64,000 nt of DNA, taken from IMG/VR virus record IMGVR_UViG_3300021135_000011, positions 1,213-65,212 of that record; one strand, written 5' to 3'. A program made the position numbers and the translations under genes. Under the pieces are notes generated by a model. It was not told where the DNA came from, did not search any database, and was given only the letters and a program-made list of their open reading frames with translations. This document shows positions 39,652-50,102 of this stretch, one piece after another. The stretch's first letter is position 1. Every line of letters starts with the position of its first letter. Origin of the DNA: a virus. Lineage: Duplodnaviria; Caudoviricetes.

Positions 39652-40124
39652 GGGGGTAAAAGGTTTTGATTTAATAAATGCAGGAAAGTGAGTGTCTAGG
39701 CAGGTGTATGTATTGCCTTAAATAATTCATATAATAATAAACGTAGAAGTTTCTAACGTACAGGTAGGTAACGATATAGACGAAATGCTTATGTCTATGG
39801 GCTTGATGAGTGAATTAGAAGTAGCTTAGTCAAAATTACAATTGAGTTGCAACGCATTTGACAACTTTAAAAACATAGATGCGTCAAAATTCCAGAGATG
39901 TATAGGACAATAAAATAAGAAATCTCCTAGTTTTTGTTATTTTTTAATAGTATTTTGAATACCTGCAGATCGCCTTTGCTTGCTTGCAAGATTAGCCTAA
40001 TGAGGTCAAAAGAGAAATAGAAAAGAATAACTAGCCAAGTCAAGGCAATAAAACAGACTATAGACATAAGATAATCATAATTTGGCTTTGTTAAAGACGA
40101 GGCTCTCGGATGCCTCTACCTCCA
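39652..40124 (+). ncRNA. ssrA: tmRNA
   Basis: 5' GGGGGTAAAAGGTTTTGAT; 3' GAC-GAGGC-tctcggat-GCCTC-TACCTCC-A; acceptor GGGGGTA/TACCTCC with G3-U and discriminator A; tag frame after ATAAAC at 39743-39829. Confidence 0.88.
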
Positions 40125-40194
40125 GATTTACAAAGAACAACTACTTCCACGTAGTGTAAATTGGGATAAATGCAAAATGTTGTTCACAAAGTTT

Positions 40195-40266
40195 GGTAGT
40201 ATAGTGTATTGCATCGCACGAATTTCTTCTAAAAATTAAGGCTTGGTTGAATTCCAAGTATTACCA
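40195..40266 (+). tRNA. tRNA-Arg(UCU), atypical T-loop
   Basis: GGTAGTA/TATTACC, D GTGT/GCAC, AATTT-CTTCTAA-AAATT, CTTGG-TTGAATT-CCAAG; no encoded CCA. Confidence 0.8.
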
Positions 40267-40349
40267 CAATTTAAACTAATTTCAGTCATGGCGACTGAGA
40301 TATCGCAAAGTCTTTATATAGTAAGAAGTATAAAGCACTACTTATAGAG

Positions 40350-40388
40350 AAAGAGATTATCTATTAATTTAGGTAATCTCTTTTTTTG
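40350..40388 (+). terminator. Rho-independent terminator
   Basis: agagattatct-attaattt-aggtaatctct followed by a T-run. Confidence 0.8.
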
Positions 40389-40693
40389 TTAAGATTTTGA
40401 GTAAAAATAAATGCACAACAAAATTTTAAAAAATGCAAGATAAAATACCACATAAATTAAAATTTGCCTCAATTAGATTTGAAAATAATTAGAAAAATGA
40501 TAAAATATATAAATTAATAGAGTGTTACTTTATATTTATTACAACAAAATTGGATTTTAGAGATTCACAAACAATTAAATGCCGACCAATTTTTGGATTT
40601 GCATTATTAAATTTTGGATTTGTAATACTCTTTGAACCTTATATAATAAAAAAATAATTTTTATAAAAACGCAATAAATTAAATTAATAATAT

Positions 40694-42469
40694 ATGCAAG
40701 TAGGAGATTACGCAATATTAAATAATAATGTACCATCATATCAACGTGTAGGATTAGATTATAGTAATGTTTTTAATCAATACAATTCTTATTTTACATT
40801 TCCGCATCAAATAACTACTGTTACTGCGAGAGATGGTACTAAAGTAAGATTAGATGGATTAGTTAATCACTATTTTGATAGGGCATCCGTTATTTTAACA
40901 GATGCCAGTGGAGTACCACTTACAGAAGAAAGAGAAGAAGAAACAATAGAAGTAGGTGATACAATTAGATTTACTTCTAATATATTCTTAGATGAAAATA
41001 GATTAAGCTTAACAACTTCTTATTTAAGAGTTCTTGCAGGAAGTAATTATGAACGCGAATATCTAGTGCAGGCTATTAACGTATCAGGTAATGTAATATT
41101 AGAAGGTATTTCTATGTATACTTTTTGTAGCAGAGGAGTGCAAATTGTACGAAAAAAACTTGCAGACCCCGTATTCAGAGTAGGATCAAAAGTAAGAATA
41201 GTAAATAACCCAATAAGATTACAAGAAGATTCTATTTTTGAGGGTGTTTATACTGAATTACTAAGAGATATAAGTAATGATTTCAATCATATCTGGACTA
41301 TTACAGAAAATAGAGGCGTTACCAACGCCGTATACGGAGATTGGTTTAAATTAGATACTCCTGGTAGACTTATTTTTAGAAAAGGCAATTTAGAATTGGT
41401 TTCTAATAATTTACAAGTAGGAGATATAGTTAAAATAAATAGAGATGTTTTATCTGAAGGTGTAAGAATATCTGTAGAGTCTAATTTTGGTTTAAAGGCG
41501 TTTATTAGAAATTTTACAGTAACGGAAATACAGCATTCAGCAGAAAAATGGATTTCTTTAGCTAATAATACAAGAATGCTATTCTTAGAAACAGAATTAA
41601 TTTTACAACCATCAACTGCACAAAATTTGAAAAAAATTCCTACATTAAAGCCTATAAAAGAAAAGAAACTAGAGACCCTGCCAACACTTGAAGAAATAGT
41701 TGCAATGAGTGCTAATGATGTTTACGACAAATATTATGCAAACTTTAAAAAAATTATTGAAACTAAACTTTATAGTGCTGCAAAATATACTATAGGACAA
41801 GGTAAAGACAAAAAAGAATTTAAAAATAAATTAGAAGAATATTTTTTCGGTACATCAAGCTGCAATATAGAATCTGAAGAAGATGCAAAAAAGATTGTAG
41901 TAAATTGGCTTACTTTAGGCGCAGACCTACAAAAAGAATTAGCAGATTTGCAAAAAGTTGAACAATTAAGATGTGACTTTTTTGCAGTTTTAAGAGATTC
42001 TTACATAGAAGAAACTAAACAAAGAGCTACAATTATTCTAAATAGGGGTAAAACACAATTATTTGATCAACCTTCTGAAGAAAATTGCAAAAACTTTTTT
42101 GAAAAAACGCAGGAATATATAAATAATTTAGCAGAATTAAAACAATTATTTAAAACAGCCAAAGAAAATATTCAAAAAATAGAAGAAATAGCAAAAATAA
42201 TTTTATTAAATCAAAAAGAATTAGGAGGTTTAAAAGCAAGATTAGATATATCTTATAAGAATGACACAAAAAAATTAGGTCTCGCGCAATATCGAGTAAC
42301 CCTAAGAAAAATCCTAACAGAAATACCAATAAAAGACTCAAATATAAAAGAAAAGAATAATAGAGTAGAATTATTGGAAAATCTGAGTATAAATTGGGAT
42401 AAGGGCAATGTACTAAGTATATATAAAACTTGCAAGGAGTTTATTTTAAGAAATAAAGAAAAAATATAA
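40694..42469 (+). CDS. Tandem KOW/SH3-like repeats plus coiled-coil protein
   Basis: Four modules starting MQVGDYA, IEVGDTI, FRVGSKV, LQVGDIV; helical C-terminal half. Confidence 0.65.
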   Translation: MQVGDYAILNNNVPSYQRVGLDYSNVFNQYNSYFTFPHQITTVTARDGTKVRLDGLVNHYFDRASVILTDASGVPLTEEREEETIEVGDTIRFTSNIFLDENRLSLTTSYLRVLAGSNYEREYLVQAINVSGNVILEGISMYTFCSRGVQIVRKKLADPVFRVGSKVRIVNNPIRLQEDSIFEGVYTELLRDISNDFNHIWTITENRGVTNAVYGDWFKLDTPGRLIFRKGNLELVSNNLQVGDIVKINRDVLSEGVRISVESNFGLKAFIRNFTVTEIQHSAEKWISLANNTRMLFLETELILQPSTAQNLKKIPTLKPIKEKKLETLPTLEEIVAMSANDVYDKYYANFKKIIETKLYSAAKYTIGQGKDKKEFKNKLEEYFFGTSSCNIESEEDAKKIVVNWLTLGADLQKELADLQKVEQLRCDFFAVLRDSYIEETKQRATIILNRGKTQLFDQPSEENCKNFFEKTQEYINNLAELKQLFKTAKENIQKIEEIAKIILLNQKELGGLKARLDISYKNDTKKLGLAQYRVTLRKILTEIPIKDSNIKEKNNRVELLENLSINWDKGNVLSIYKTCKEFILRNKEKI

Positions 42470-42774
42470 TATATGAAACACACATATCATGTGGTTTGGT
42501 TTGAAAGAGAAGAGGATCATATGAGCACTGGTAGAAATTTTGAGGCAAAAACACCACAAGAAGCACTAAATCAATGGGAATCTGAATATCCAGGAACATT
42601 TTTTTTCGCAATTTATATAAAACAATAATTTTATGGGTTATTCAGATAGATGTGATATAACTGTACTTATAGGAAAAATTTTAGAAAGTGCAGTTAGAAA
42701 TAATGACAACAATGAAATAGTATTTAAAACCTCTACAGGGGAAGAATAGCGGTTGGTTTATATAAAATTATTAT

Positions 42775-43371
42775 ATGAAAATAAAAACATACGAGAATAG
42801 CATAAATAAAAGGTTAGTCCAATATTTATGCTATTCTCAAATTTTTGGTATCGAATCAGATTTATTATGTTTAGCAGGACCAAATGCAAAAGAATTTATA
42901 GAATTTGCACAAAGTCAAAATAAAAAAAAGATAATTAGTTATGAAAAAGAAATGTCTATATATTTAGAACAATTAAATCTTTTATATAGTACGAAAAAAT
43001 TAAAAAATAAAGTGCAATTTAAATCGGGGGATATAATAAATGCACAACCACAACAAGTAATAGATTTAGATTTAATGTGTACCTTTAAATCCGCACAAAA
43101 TACAATTTCAAAATTATTATATAGACAATACACTATGAATTCTAATATAAAATGCTTTATGTTTTCAGTTTCTTATATGCGAGAAAGTTCTTCAATAGAG
43201 CCAATTCTTAAATTTATAAATAAACTATTAGGTGTAGAATGTTTTTTAGTAAATTCATTAAAAATGCAATATGGCGTTCAGCACTTTATTAATTGTAGAA
43301 AAAATGTAATAGTAAGGGCATACTCATATTGTGACACTTCACCAATGCACACAATTCAAATTATTTATTAA
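42775..43371 (+). CDS. SAM-dependent methyltransferase-like fold protein
   Basis: LCLAGPN, IISYEK, GDII, IDLDLMC resemble Rossmann MTase motifs. Confidence 0.45.
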   Translation: MKIKTYENSINKRLVQYLCYSQIFGIESDLLCLAGPNAKEFIEFAQSQNKKKIISYEKEMSIYLEQLNLLYSTKKLKNKVQFKSGDIINAQPQQVIDLDLMCTFKSAQNTISKLLYRQYTMNSNIKCFMFSVSYMRESSSIEPILKFINKLLGVECFLVNSLKMQYGVQHFINCRKNVIVRAYSYCDTSPMHTIQIIY

Positions 43372-43396
43372 CAACTCAAACTAAAAATTCAAAAAA

Positions 43397-44143
43397 ATGC
43401 AAAAACAACAACAAACTTGGAAATGGTTAAAATTAGACGGACGCAAAGTATGGTCACTTTTAACAGGTATAAATCGAGAAGTACTACCAAAACAAATATT
43501 AAAACTTGCAACATCTATAGATAGGAAATGCATTACTAGGCCAGTTATAGTGTGTACTATATCTTTTATTACAGGAAAATCAACAACATATATAATAGAC
43601 GGGCAACATTTATATCACGCTTGCTTGCAGTTAAGATTAGATATTCCTTATATTGAAATAGAAATTAAAGATATGCGGGACTTAGTTGAAACCATTGCTT
43701 TTTTTAATAGTTCTTCAAAATCTTGGACAAGTAATGATTATATTTTAAGTTGGTCTGCTGTACACGAGGACTACAAAAAATTAATGCATTACTTAAATAC
43801 TTATCAGTTAGAGTCTAGAATAATAACAGGAGTTTTATCAGGATCTGGTATAAATAATCACACAAATTTAGTAAGACGTGGGGATTTTAGAATAAAAAAT
43901 GAAAAGTATGCTGCAAACTATTTAAGTTTATTTTCAGATATAGTTAGAGTTTTAACCCCAAAAGACAAATACGGTCTTAGAAACTTTGCAAAAGAATTTT
44001 ATATTTATTATAGTAAGATAAATACATCTTATAATCATAATAAATTTATGCAATTTTGTAAAGAAAATAAAGCACAATTAAATAGAGCAATGATGTTTTC
44101 GGATGATTTAAAAAAAATTTTTTATAGTTTTCAAAGAATATAA
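43397..44143 (+). CDS. ParB/Srx-like (DGQH motif) protein
   Basis: INREV...KLATSI...RPVIV...YIIDGQHL...N...KSW...DY. Confidence 0.75.
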   Translation: MQKQQQTWKWLKLDGRKVWSLLTGINREVLPKQILKLATSIDRKCITRPVIVCTISFITGKSTTYIIDGQHLYHACLQLRLDIPYIEIEIKDMRDLVETIAFFNSSSKSWTSNDYILSWSAVHEDYKKLMHYLNTYQLESRIITGVLSGSGINNHTNLVRRGDFRIKNEKYAANYLSLFSDIVRVLTPKDKYGLRNFAKEFYIYYSKINTSYNHNKFMQFCKENKAQLNRAMMFSDDLKKIFYSFQRI

Positions 44144-44188
44144 TAAAAATAAATTAGTCAAAATATAAAATATTTTGTATTTTTGCTA

Positions 44189-44632
44189 ATGAATAAAAAA
44201 TTAAAACAATGTACTGAATGCAAGAAAGATGTAATTTATTATAAAAATAAGTTATGTCTTTCTTGCTTTAAAAAATTAAATCCAGAAAAATTTTTGATTA
44301 AAAAAAGTGTTTTAAAACACAAAAGCCCCCCTAAAACAACTATCAAGAAAACACCTTTAAAAAAATCTCAAAAGGCAATATCAAAATTTAGTCAAAAACA
44401 AATAGGTAGACAAAAACAATATCAAAAACTAAGATTGGAGCTATTAGAAAAATTTCCTATATGTACTATATGTAATAAAAATCCAGCAACAGAAATTCAC
44501 CATGCTCGCGGCAGAGGTCTTTTTTTGCTAGAGCATCTGATTCCTACTTGTCGCCCATGCCATTTATGGTGTCACCAAAATGTTGAAGAAGCAACAAAAT
44601 TAGGTTATATAATTTCTAGAATTAAGAACTAG
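44189..44632 (+). CDS. HNH endonuclease with N-terminal Zn finger
   Basis: CTIC..ATEIHHARGR...TCRPCHLWCH; upstream -7 element TATTTTTG. Confidence 0.8.
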   Translation: MNKKLKQCTECKKDVIYYKNKLCLSCFKKLNPEKFLIKKSVLKHKSPPKTTIKKTPLKKSQKAISKFSQKQIGRQKQYQKLRLELLEKFPICTICNKNPATEIHHARGRGLFLLEHLIPTCRPCHLWCHQNVEEATKLGYIISRIKN

Positions 44633-44719
44633 ATTTGTATGAAGGAATGAATCTAAATAAATTTAAAGATTGGCATCCGAACAGAGAAATGTTTTTAGTA
44701 TCTAAAATAACTAAACCAA

Positions 44720-46263
44720 ATGAATAAAGCACTAAAAGAAAAATTAATTATAGATATTAATTATGATAGATTTGGATGTTTTGGAGGTAGTTTACAAATG
44801 AATTTAATCCATTTAATTAATCACATAGATCAACAAGATCAAAAAATAGAAAAAATGCAAAAACAAATTCAACAATTAGAATTAAATAAAAGATATGACA
44901 CCGGAAGATAAAATAGGGTTAACAGAAGAATTATCTATGGTAAATATATCTAAAGATGCCTGTGAATGTATTATAAATTATATAGAATCTTTAGAAAATA
45001 GAATAGAGAAATTAGAAGATGCACCAGAATTGCAAAGTTTTGAAAATAATAATGATGATGCATTTAGAAGACACCCAGAAAGAGCTTAATTATGAAAACA
45101 ATAATAATTTTAGTAATAGTACTGCTGATTTATTGCCTTGCGATTTTTAAATTTTGGACTTTACCGATGTCAGATATTAGATCTTGGCTTGCACTATTAG
45201 TTCCAGAATTACTTACAGGATTTATTATACATGAATATAATATAAAAAATAAATAAATGTTAGAATTAAAATGTTTTGGAGTAGTTCTTGTATTTACTCT
45301 TTTATGTAGAATTGTATTTGGTAATCCTTTTGATAAATCTCAAAGACATGAATCTGAAAATACAAGTAAAGAATAATAAAATTTTAACAGAAGTGCCACT
45401 TGAAGATGATACGTATCAAATAAAAATATATCCTAATAGAAATAAAACTCTTAGAGATTACCAAGAAGAATTATTTGTATGTATTGACGAGTATTGTGTC
45501 CATTCTGGAAATTCTAGATATGATATTTGGGGTGCATTTAAAAAAGAAAATGAAATAACATCTTCTAGAAATATTCCTTTAGAAGAATTTCCAATGATAA
45601 TAGAAAAATTAAAATTTTATTTAATTAGTATATCTTAAAAAATTTAAAAAATGAAAGCTGGAAATTATAAAGTACGTTGGTATTATGATTCGTGTGAAAA
45701 AGAATTACACAATCAAACTACAACACAAAATTGCACAAGTTGTATAATAGATGAGTTTACAGGAAATACTGAAGAACCATTTAGGGAAATAGTAAAAGTA
45801 ACTATTAAGAAATATCATAAAGATATTTTTAATAAGTCGGTGGCAAGAAAAACAAGTTTTAAATTAGCAATTGCAGGATTTCCAAAAAATGTTCGTGCAA
45901 TGTTTTGGGATGAATTTAAGAAAACAGTAAAAATACATTAATAAACTAAAACAACCCTAGATATATAAATTCAGGGTTGTTTTTTAAAATTAATAGATGA
46001 ATATAAAAAATATAAAATTTCAATTAAATTCTGACGAAGAAAATAAGTTGCATTTTCTAGAAATTTTTGATGCAAATCGAAGAGAATCAATCGTTAAAGG
46101 AGAACTAATATCTATAGAACAATCTGCAGAAGTAACTTGGGAAAATCTTTTATTTAGAGTTTATTCTGGACAAGTATGGATCTCTTTTGATACATTAAAC
46201 GCATTTATTCAAGGCCCTAAGATAGTTGAAGAAATAATTGAACAACAAAATTTACCACAATGA
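44720..46263 (+). other. Small hypothetical CDS (44720, 44895, 45288, 45651, 45997)
   Basis: ORF track; 45651 has KYHKDIFNKSVARK. Confidence 0.55.
45948..45985 (+). terminator. Rho-independent terminator
   Basis: aaacaaccct...agggttgttt followed by a T-run. Confidence 0.75.
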
Positions 46264-46437
46264 GTATTTGGGAAGAAATAAATAAAATTTTAGAAAATAA
46301 ACGCGCATTAATTACTATAGAAAAAAATCGAGTTATAGTACACTATGAAATGGAAAAACCATTAGTAGAACAACGAGATGGAGAAGAATCTATAGAAGTA
46401 ACAATGCGCAGATCATTAATAAATTTAAAATAAAAGC

Positions 46438-48396
46438 ATGAGAGAAGGAAATAGTAATGTGAAGGAATTTGATATAGAGGTGTTTCCTAATTATTTTGAA
46501 GTAGGAATAAAGGATTTTAGAACTAAAGAAGTCATAAATTTAGAAATATCAGAAGAGTTTGATGATAGACAAAAGATTTATGATTTCTTTAGTAAATATA
46601 AAGGATTTTTAATATCTTTTAATGGAATACATTATGATGAAGTAATTATTAAGTATTTTTTAAAAGATTGGCAAAAACTTAAAAATCTTAAAAAAGAAGA
46701 TTTATTACAAAGAATAAAAATTTGTTCTGATAAAGTAATAAATACAGATTTAAATAGAGATTTTTTAAAATCTTATATATACTTTAAAACTAATTGGATT
46801 TCTATAGATTTGTATTTATTTTGGGCAAAAATGTTGCGTATTTCTAAAAAAATTAGTTTAAAATCATTAGGAATACAAATGAATTATCCTGTAGTAATGG
46901 AACTTCCATATAATCCAGAAACTATTTTAAATTTAGAACAAATAAGACAAGTTAGAGAATATAATAATATTCATGATTTAGGAATTTTAGATTTATTAGC
47001 TGAAAAACAAAAAGGAGAAATTACTTTACGAAAAAATATTTGGAAAGATACAGGTATTCAATGTATGTCTTATGATGCAATAAAAATTGCTTCTGAATCT
47101 CTTTTAGAAGATTATTGTAAAGAAAAATGGAATAATGGAGAAGTTTCTAATATGTCCGAAGGATATGAAACATTTGTAAAAAATACAAGATATTTGCGAT
47201 TTGATAAACCTACGATATATATTAAAGAAATTTTACATGATTTTAATCCTAATTTTAAATTACCTGTTTTTCAAAAATTATATGAACGTATTTTAAATTC
47301 AGTAAATGAATTTTCAGAAGAAGTTCCTATAATAGAGAAAAACACAACAATTAGATTGTCTTATGGTATAGGAGGATTACATAGTGTAAATGAAAATGAA
47401 TTGTATGATACTACTTCTACTCATAAAATAATGACTTCTGATGTTGCTTCACTATATCCAAATTTAATTATAAATTATAGATGTATTAGATTTCCTGAAG
47501 TTTTACGCAGATATACTTCTATTAAAGACGAGAGAATTATTGCCAAGAAAGCTCGGCAAAAAGCCAAAGATATCTTTTTTAAATTAATTTTAAATGGGGT
47601 AAGTGGTTTATTAGATCAACAACATTCATGGCTTTATTTTCCAGAAGGCGCATTAAGATTAAGACTAATTGGACAATTAATTCTTACAAAAGCAGTTGAA
47701 TTATGTATTTTAAATAATTGGCAGGTAATATCGGTAAATACAGATGGTATTGAAGCTATTGTACCTGTGAATGAACAAAAAAAATACAAAGAGGTTTTTA
47801 AAGAGATTGAAGAACAATTTAATCTTAATTTTGAACATGAAGAATATAAGTTTATTTATTATAAGAATGTAAATAACTATATTGCTTTAACTGAAAAAAA
47901 TAAGGCAAAACGAAAAGGATTATTTAAACTTTTAAAAGATGAAGAAGGAAAAGATGAAATACCTTTAGGAGATTCAACTAATGAAACAGTTATTGCAGAA
48001 GCGTTGAATAATTTTTTTGTAAAAGGCATTCCAATAGAAGAAACTATAACAAATCCTAACAAATTTAATTTTAATATATTTCATTATACTTGTGCTAAGA
48101 AAATTAGTAAAGATTATGGTGTTTATTATGAAAATGAACAAATTCAGAATTTAAATAGATATTATTTTTCTAGACCCGCAGCGTATCTTTTAAAAAAGAA
48201 AAAAAGTAGTGCAAAAAAATATAAAGCTACTGCAACTTTTGAACATGTAAATGCAAGTAATCCTGTATTATTATATAATAATCATAAAGAAAAATGTTGG
48301 GAAGAATATAAAATTGATTATTCACATTATATTGCAGATACACGAAAAATTATACAGGAGATGCAAGCACCTAAAATGCAATTAAGTTTATTTTAA
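46438..48396 (+). CDS. polB: Family B DNA polymerase
   Basis: ExoI FDIEVFPN, ExoII FNGIHYD, motif A DVASLYPN, B KLILNGVSG, C NTDG. Confidence 0.93.
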   Translation: MREGNSNVKEFDIEVFPNYFEVGIKDFRTKEVINLEISEEFDDRQKIYDFFSKYKGFLISFNGIHYDEVIIKYFLKDWQKLKNLKKEDLLQRIKICSDKVINTDLNRDFLKSYIYFKTNWISIDLYLFWAKMLRISKKISLKSLGIQMNYPVVMELPYNPETILNLEQIRQVREYNNIHDLGILDLLAEKQKGEITLRKNIWKDTGIQCMSYDAIKIASESLLEDYCKEKWNNGEVSNMSEGYETFVKNTRYLRFDKPTIYIKEILHDFNPNFKLPVFQKLYERILNSVNEFSEEVPIIEKNTTIRLSYGIGGLHSVNENELYDTTSTHKIMTSDVASLYPNLIINYRCIRFPEVLRRYTSIKDERIIAKKARQKAKDIFFKLILNGVSGLLDQQHSWLYFPEGALRLRLIGQLILTKAVELCILNNWQVISVNTDGIEAIVPVNEQKKYKEVFKEIEEQFNLNFEHEEYKFIYYKNVNNYIALTEKNKAKRKGLFKLLKDEEGKDEIPLGDSTNETVIAEALNNFFVKGIPIEETITNPNKFNFNIFHYTCAKKISKDYGVYYENEQIQNLNRYYFSRPAAYLLKKKKSSAKKYKATATFEHVNASNPVLLYNNHKEKCWEEYKIDYSHYIADTRKIIQEMQAPKMQLSLF

Positions 48397-48397
48397 T

Positions 48398-48802
48398 ATG
48401 AATACAATTACAAAAGAAGAAATGGATGAATTTCTAGTATCTATAGGAGGTCTAGAAAGTGGAATAAGAACAGATATAGGACCATTAACTGATGCTTATA
48501 TATTTTCTGTAGGACCTGGTTGGTATGGATTAATTAAGTCTTTAATAGAAGAATTAATAAATGCCGGTTGGGATAAACAAGTTTGTCAGATTAAGGAAAA
48601 ATTTGGTGGATTGCGTTTTTATGTAAATTCTGCGCCAAAAGAAGTACATGACATAATATATAAATACGAAAGCATTTCTATGAAAACTTGTGAAGTTTGT
48701 GGTAATCCTGGAACTATTCAAGGTAATCCAAGATGGCTTACTTGCTTATGTGAAGAACATAAATATAAACCAAAAGAAGTTTCTGATTCAAAATCATTGT
48801 AA
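48398..48802 (+). CDS. Conserved phage protein with Zn ribbon
   Basis: GPGWYGLI, QIKEKFGGLRFY, CEVCGNPG...CLC. Confidence 0.8.
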   Translation: MNTITKEEMDEFLVSIGGLESGIRTDIGPLTDAYIFSVGPGWYGLIKSLIEELINAGWDKQVCQIKEKFGGLRFYVNSAPKEVHDIIYKYESISMKTCEVCGNPGTIQGNPRWLTCLCEEHKYKPKEVSDSKSL

Positions 48803-48811
48803 ATTTGCAAC

Positions 48812-49261
48812 ATGGCAGAAAAATTTAAAACAGTAGGTGCATTTTGGAATGGTTATTCAATAATGACTAAAGAAGAAGTACATAAAGCAATGATTGAGTA
48901 TTGTAAATATCAAATAGACCAGATATTAGATAATTCAAGTATGATTTATATACGGAAAGATAAAGGCAATTCAATATTTGGCCTCGATACAGCTGTATAT
49001 GATTATGATGCGTTTGAAAAATTTAAAAATAATTTAAAATAAAATAGAATGGATAATACGATAGAAACGATTAATGAATATATTGACATATTCTATAATA
49101 ATGAAGAAGAAGATGCAGAAAATTTTGAGTTTACTTTGGGAGATGTTCGTTATTGCATGAAAATGTTTGCTTCAAAGGCAATAATGGAGTTCAGAAAAGA
49201 AGTAGGTAGCAACGATAAAGTTATAGAAGTGAGTGATTATCTATTAAAATCTTTGAAATAA
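48812..49261 (+). other. Two small hypothetical CDS (48812, 49049)
   Basis: ORF track. Confidence 0.55.
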
Positions 49262-49263
49262 TT

Positions 49264-49956
49264 ATGATTAATATTCAATTTAATAAGAATGTGATAGCAG
49301 AATTAAAAAAACATGACATACCTGCAGATTTATCAGGTACAGTTATGTTTGTTTTACTCTGTATGGATGAGAGAAAGGAGTATTTATTAGATTTAATAGA
49401 TGATAGTTCTCGGCAAAAAAGAATGTTAATTTTATATAGGTTTATGTTTCGCAGAGATTTTTTAGTAGAGTCTTCTGAAAAAAATGCACAATATTTATAT
49501 AAAATTTCTAAAAAAGGATTAGAGTTAGTAAAAATCCTTAGAAATGCATTTTCTGATGAAGTATCTGCTGAAGATCTTTTAGAGCCTAGAATCGAAGACA
49601 AAGTGGCAATACAGGCAAAAGAAATGACTTTGAGTGAATTTTGTGAAAGATATGCGCAATTATTTCCAAGGACTCACACAGTAAATCCAAAAATAGCAGA
49701 AATAAGATTTGCAAGATTCCTTAAAGAGTTCCCCGAATATAATTTTAATTTAATATTAAACGCAGTTGCAGAATATATTAAAGAATTTAGTAATTCAGAA
49801 ACAGGTACTAAATATATGAAAACAGCTAAATATCTTATTTGGAAACTTGAAAATAAAGAAGTAACTTTTGATTTAGCTACTGTTTGCCATCAATATATAG
49901 AAAGAAATAATAATAAGATAATGGAGTTTAATATGGATTTCCTGAATACTGCGTGA
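49264..49956 (+). CDS. Putative replication initiator/helicase-loader-like protein
   Basis: N-terminal wHTH-like, FCERYAQLFP, YMKTAKYLIWK; upstream of the helicase. Confidence 0.5.
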   Translation: MINIQFNKNVIAELKKHDIPADLSGTVMFVLLCMDERKEYLLDLIDDSSRQKRMLILYRFMFRRDFLVESSEKNAQYLYKISKKGLELVKILRNAFSDEVSAEDLLEPRIEDKVAIQAKEMTLSEFCERYAQLFPRTHTVNPKIAEIRFARFLKEFPEYNFNLILNAVAEYIKEFSNSETGTKYMKTAKYLIWKLENKEVTFDLATVCHQYIERNNNKIMEFNMDFLNTA

Positions 49957-49960
49957 GTAA

Positions 49961-50096
49961 TTTGTTAGAATGAAAAATTTTCCGTATATTTTATTTGTAA
50001 TAGTCTTTATCCAAGAGAATTAACCTTAAAATATTAGTTCTCATCTCAGATGTCTTCCCTTGGTTGACTATTACACTCTGATTTGGGAACTTTTTT
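49961..50096 (+). promoter_or_regulatory. Promoter plus structured 5' leader (interleaved helices, U-tract)
   Basis: tttg-N20-tatatttt; tgtaatagtc/gactattaca and agttctca..tcaga/tctga..tgggaact followed by a T-run. Confidence 0.65.
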
Positions 50097-50102
50097 ATTT
50101 TT

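Noticed and set aside
40195-40266. Amber suppressor tRNA (CTA occurs in the loop)
   Set aside because: With the 5-bp stem AATTT/AAATT the loop is CT-TCT-AA, so the anticodon is UCU (Arg)
14113-48396. Inteins or introns in terL and polB
   Set aside because: Both are continuous ORFs of ordinary length with no intein C...HN boundaries or intron cores seen
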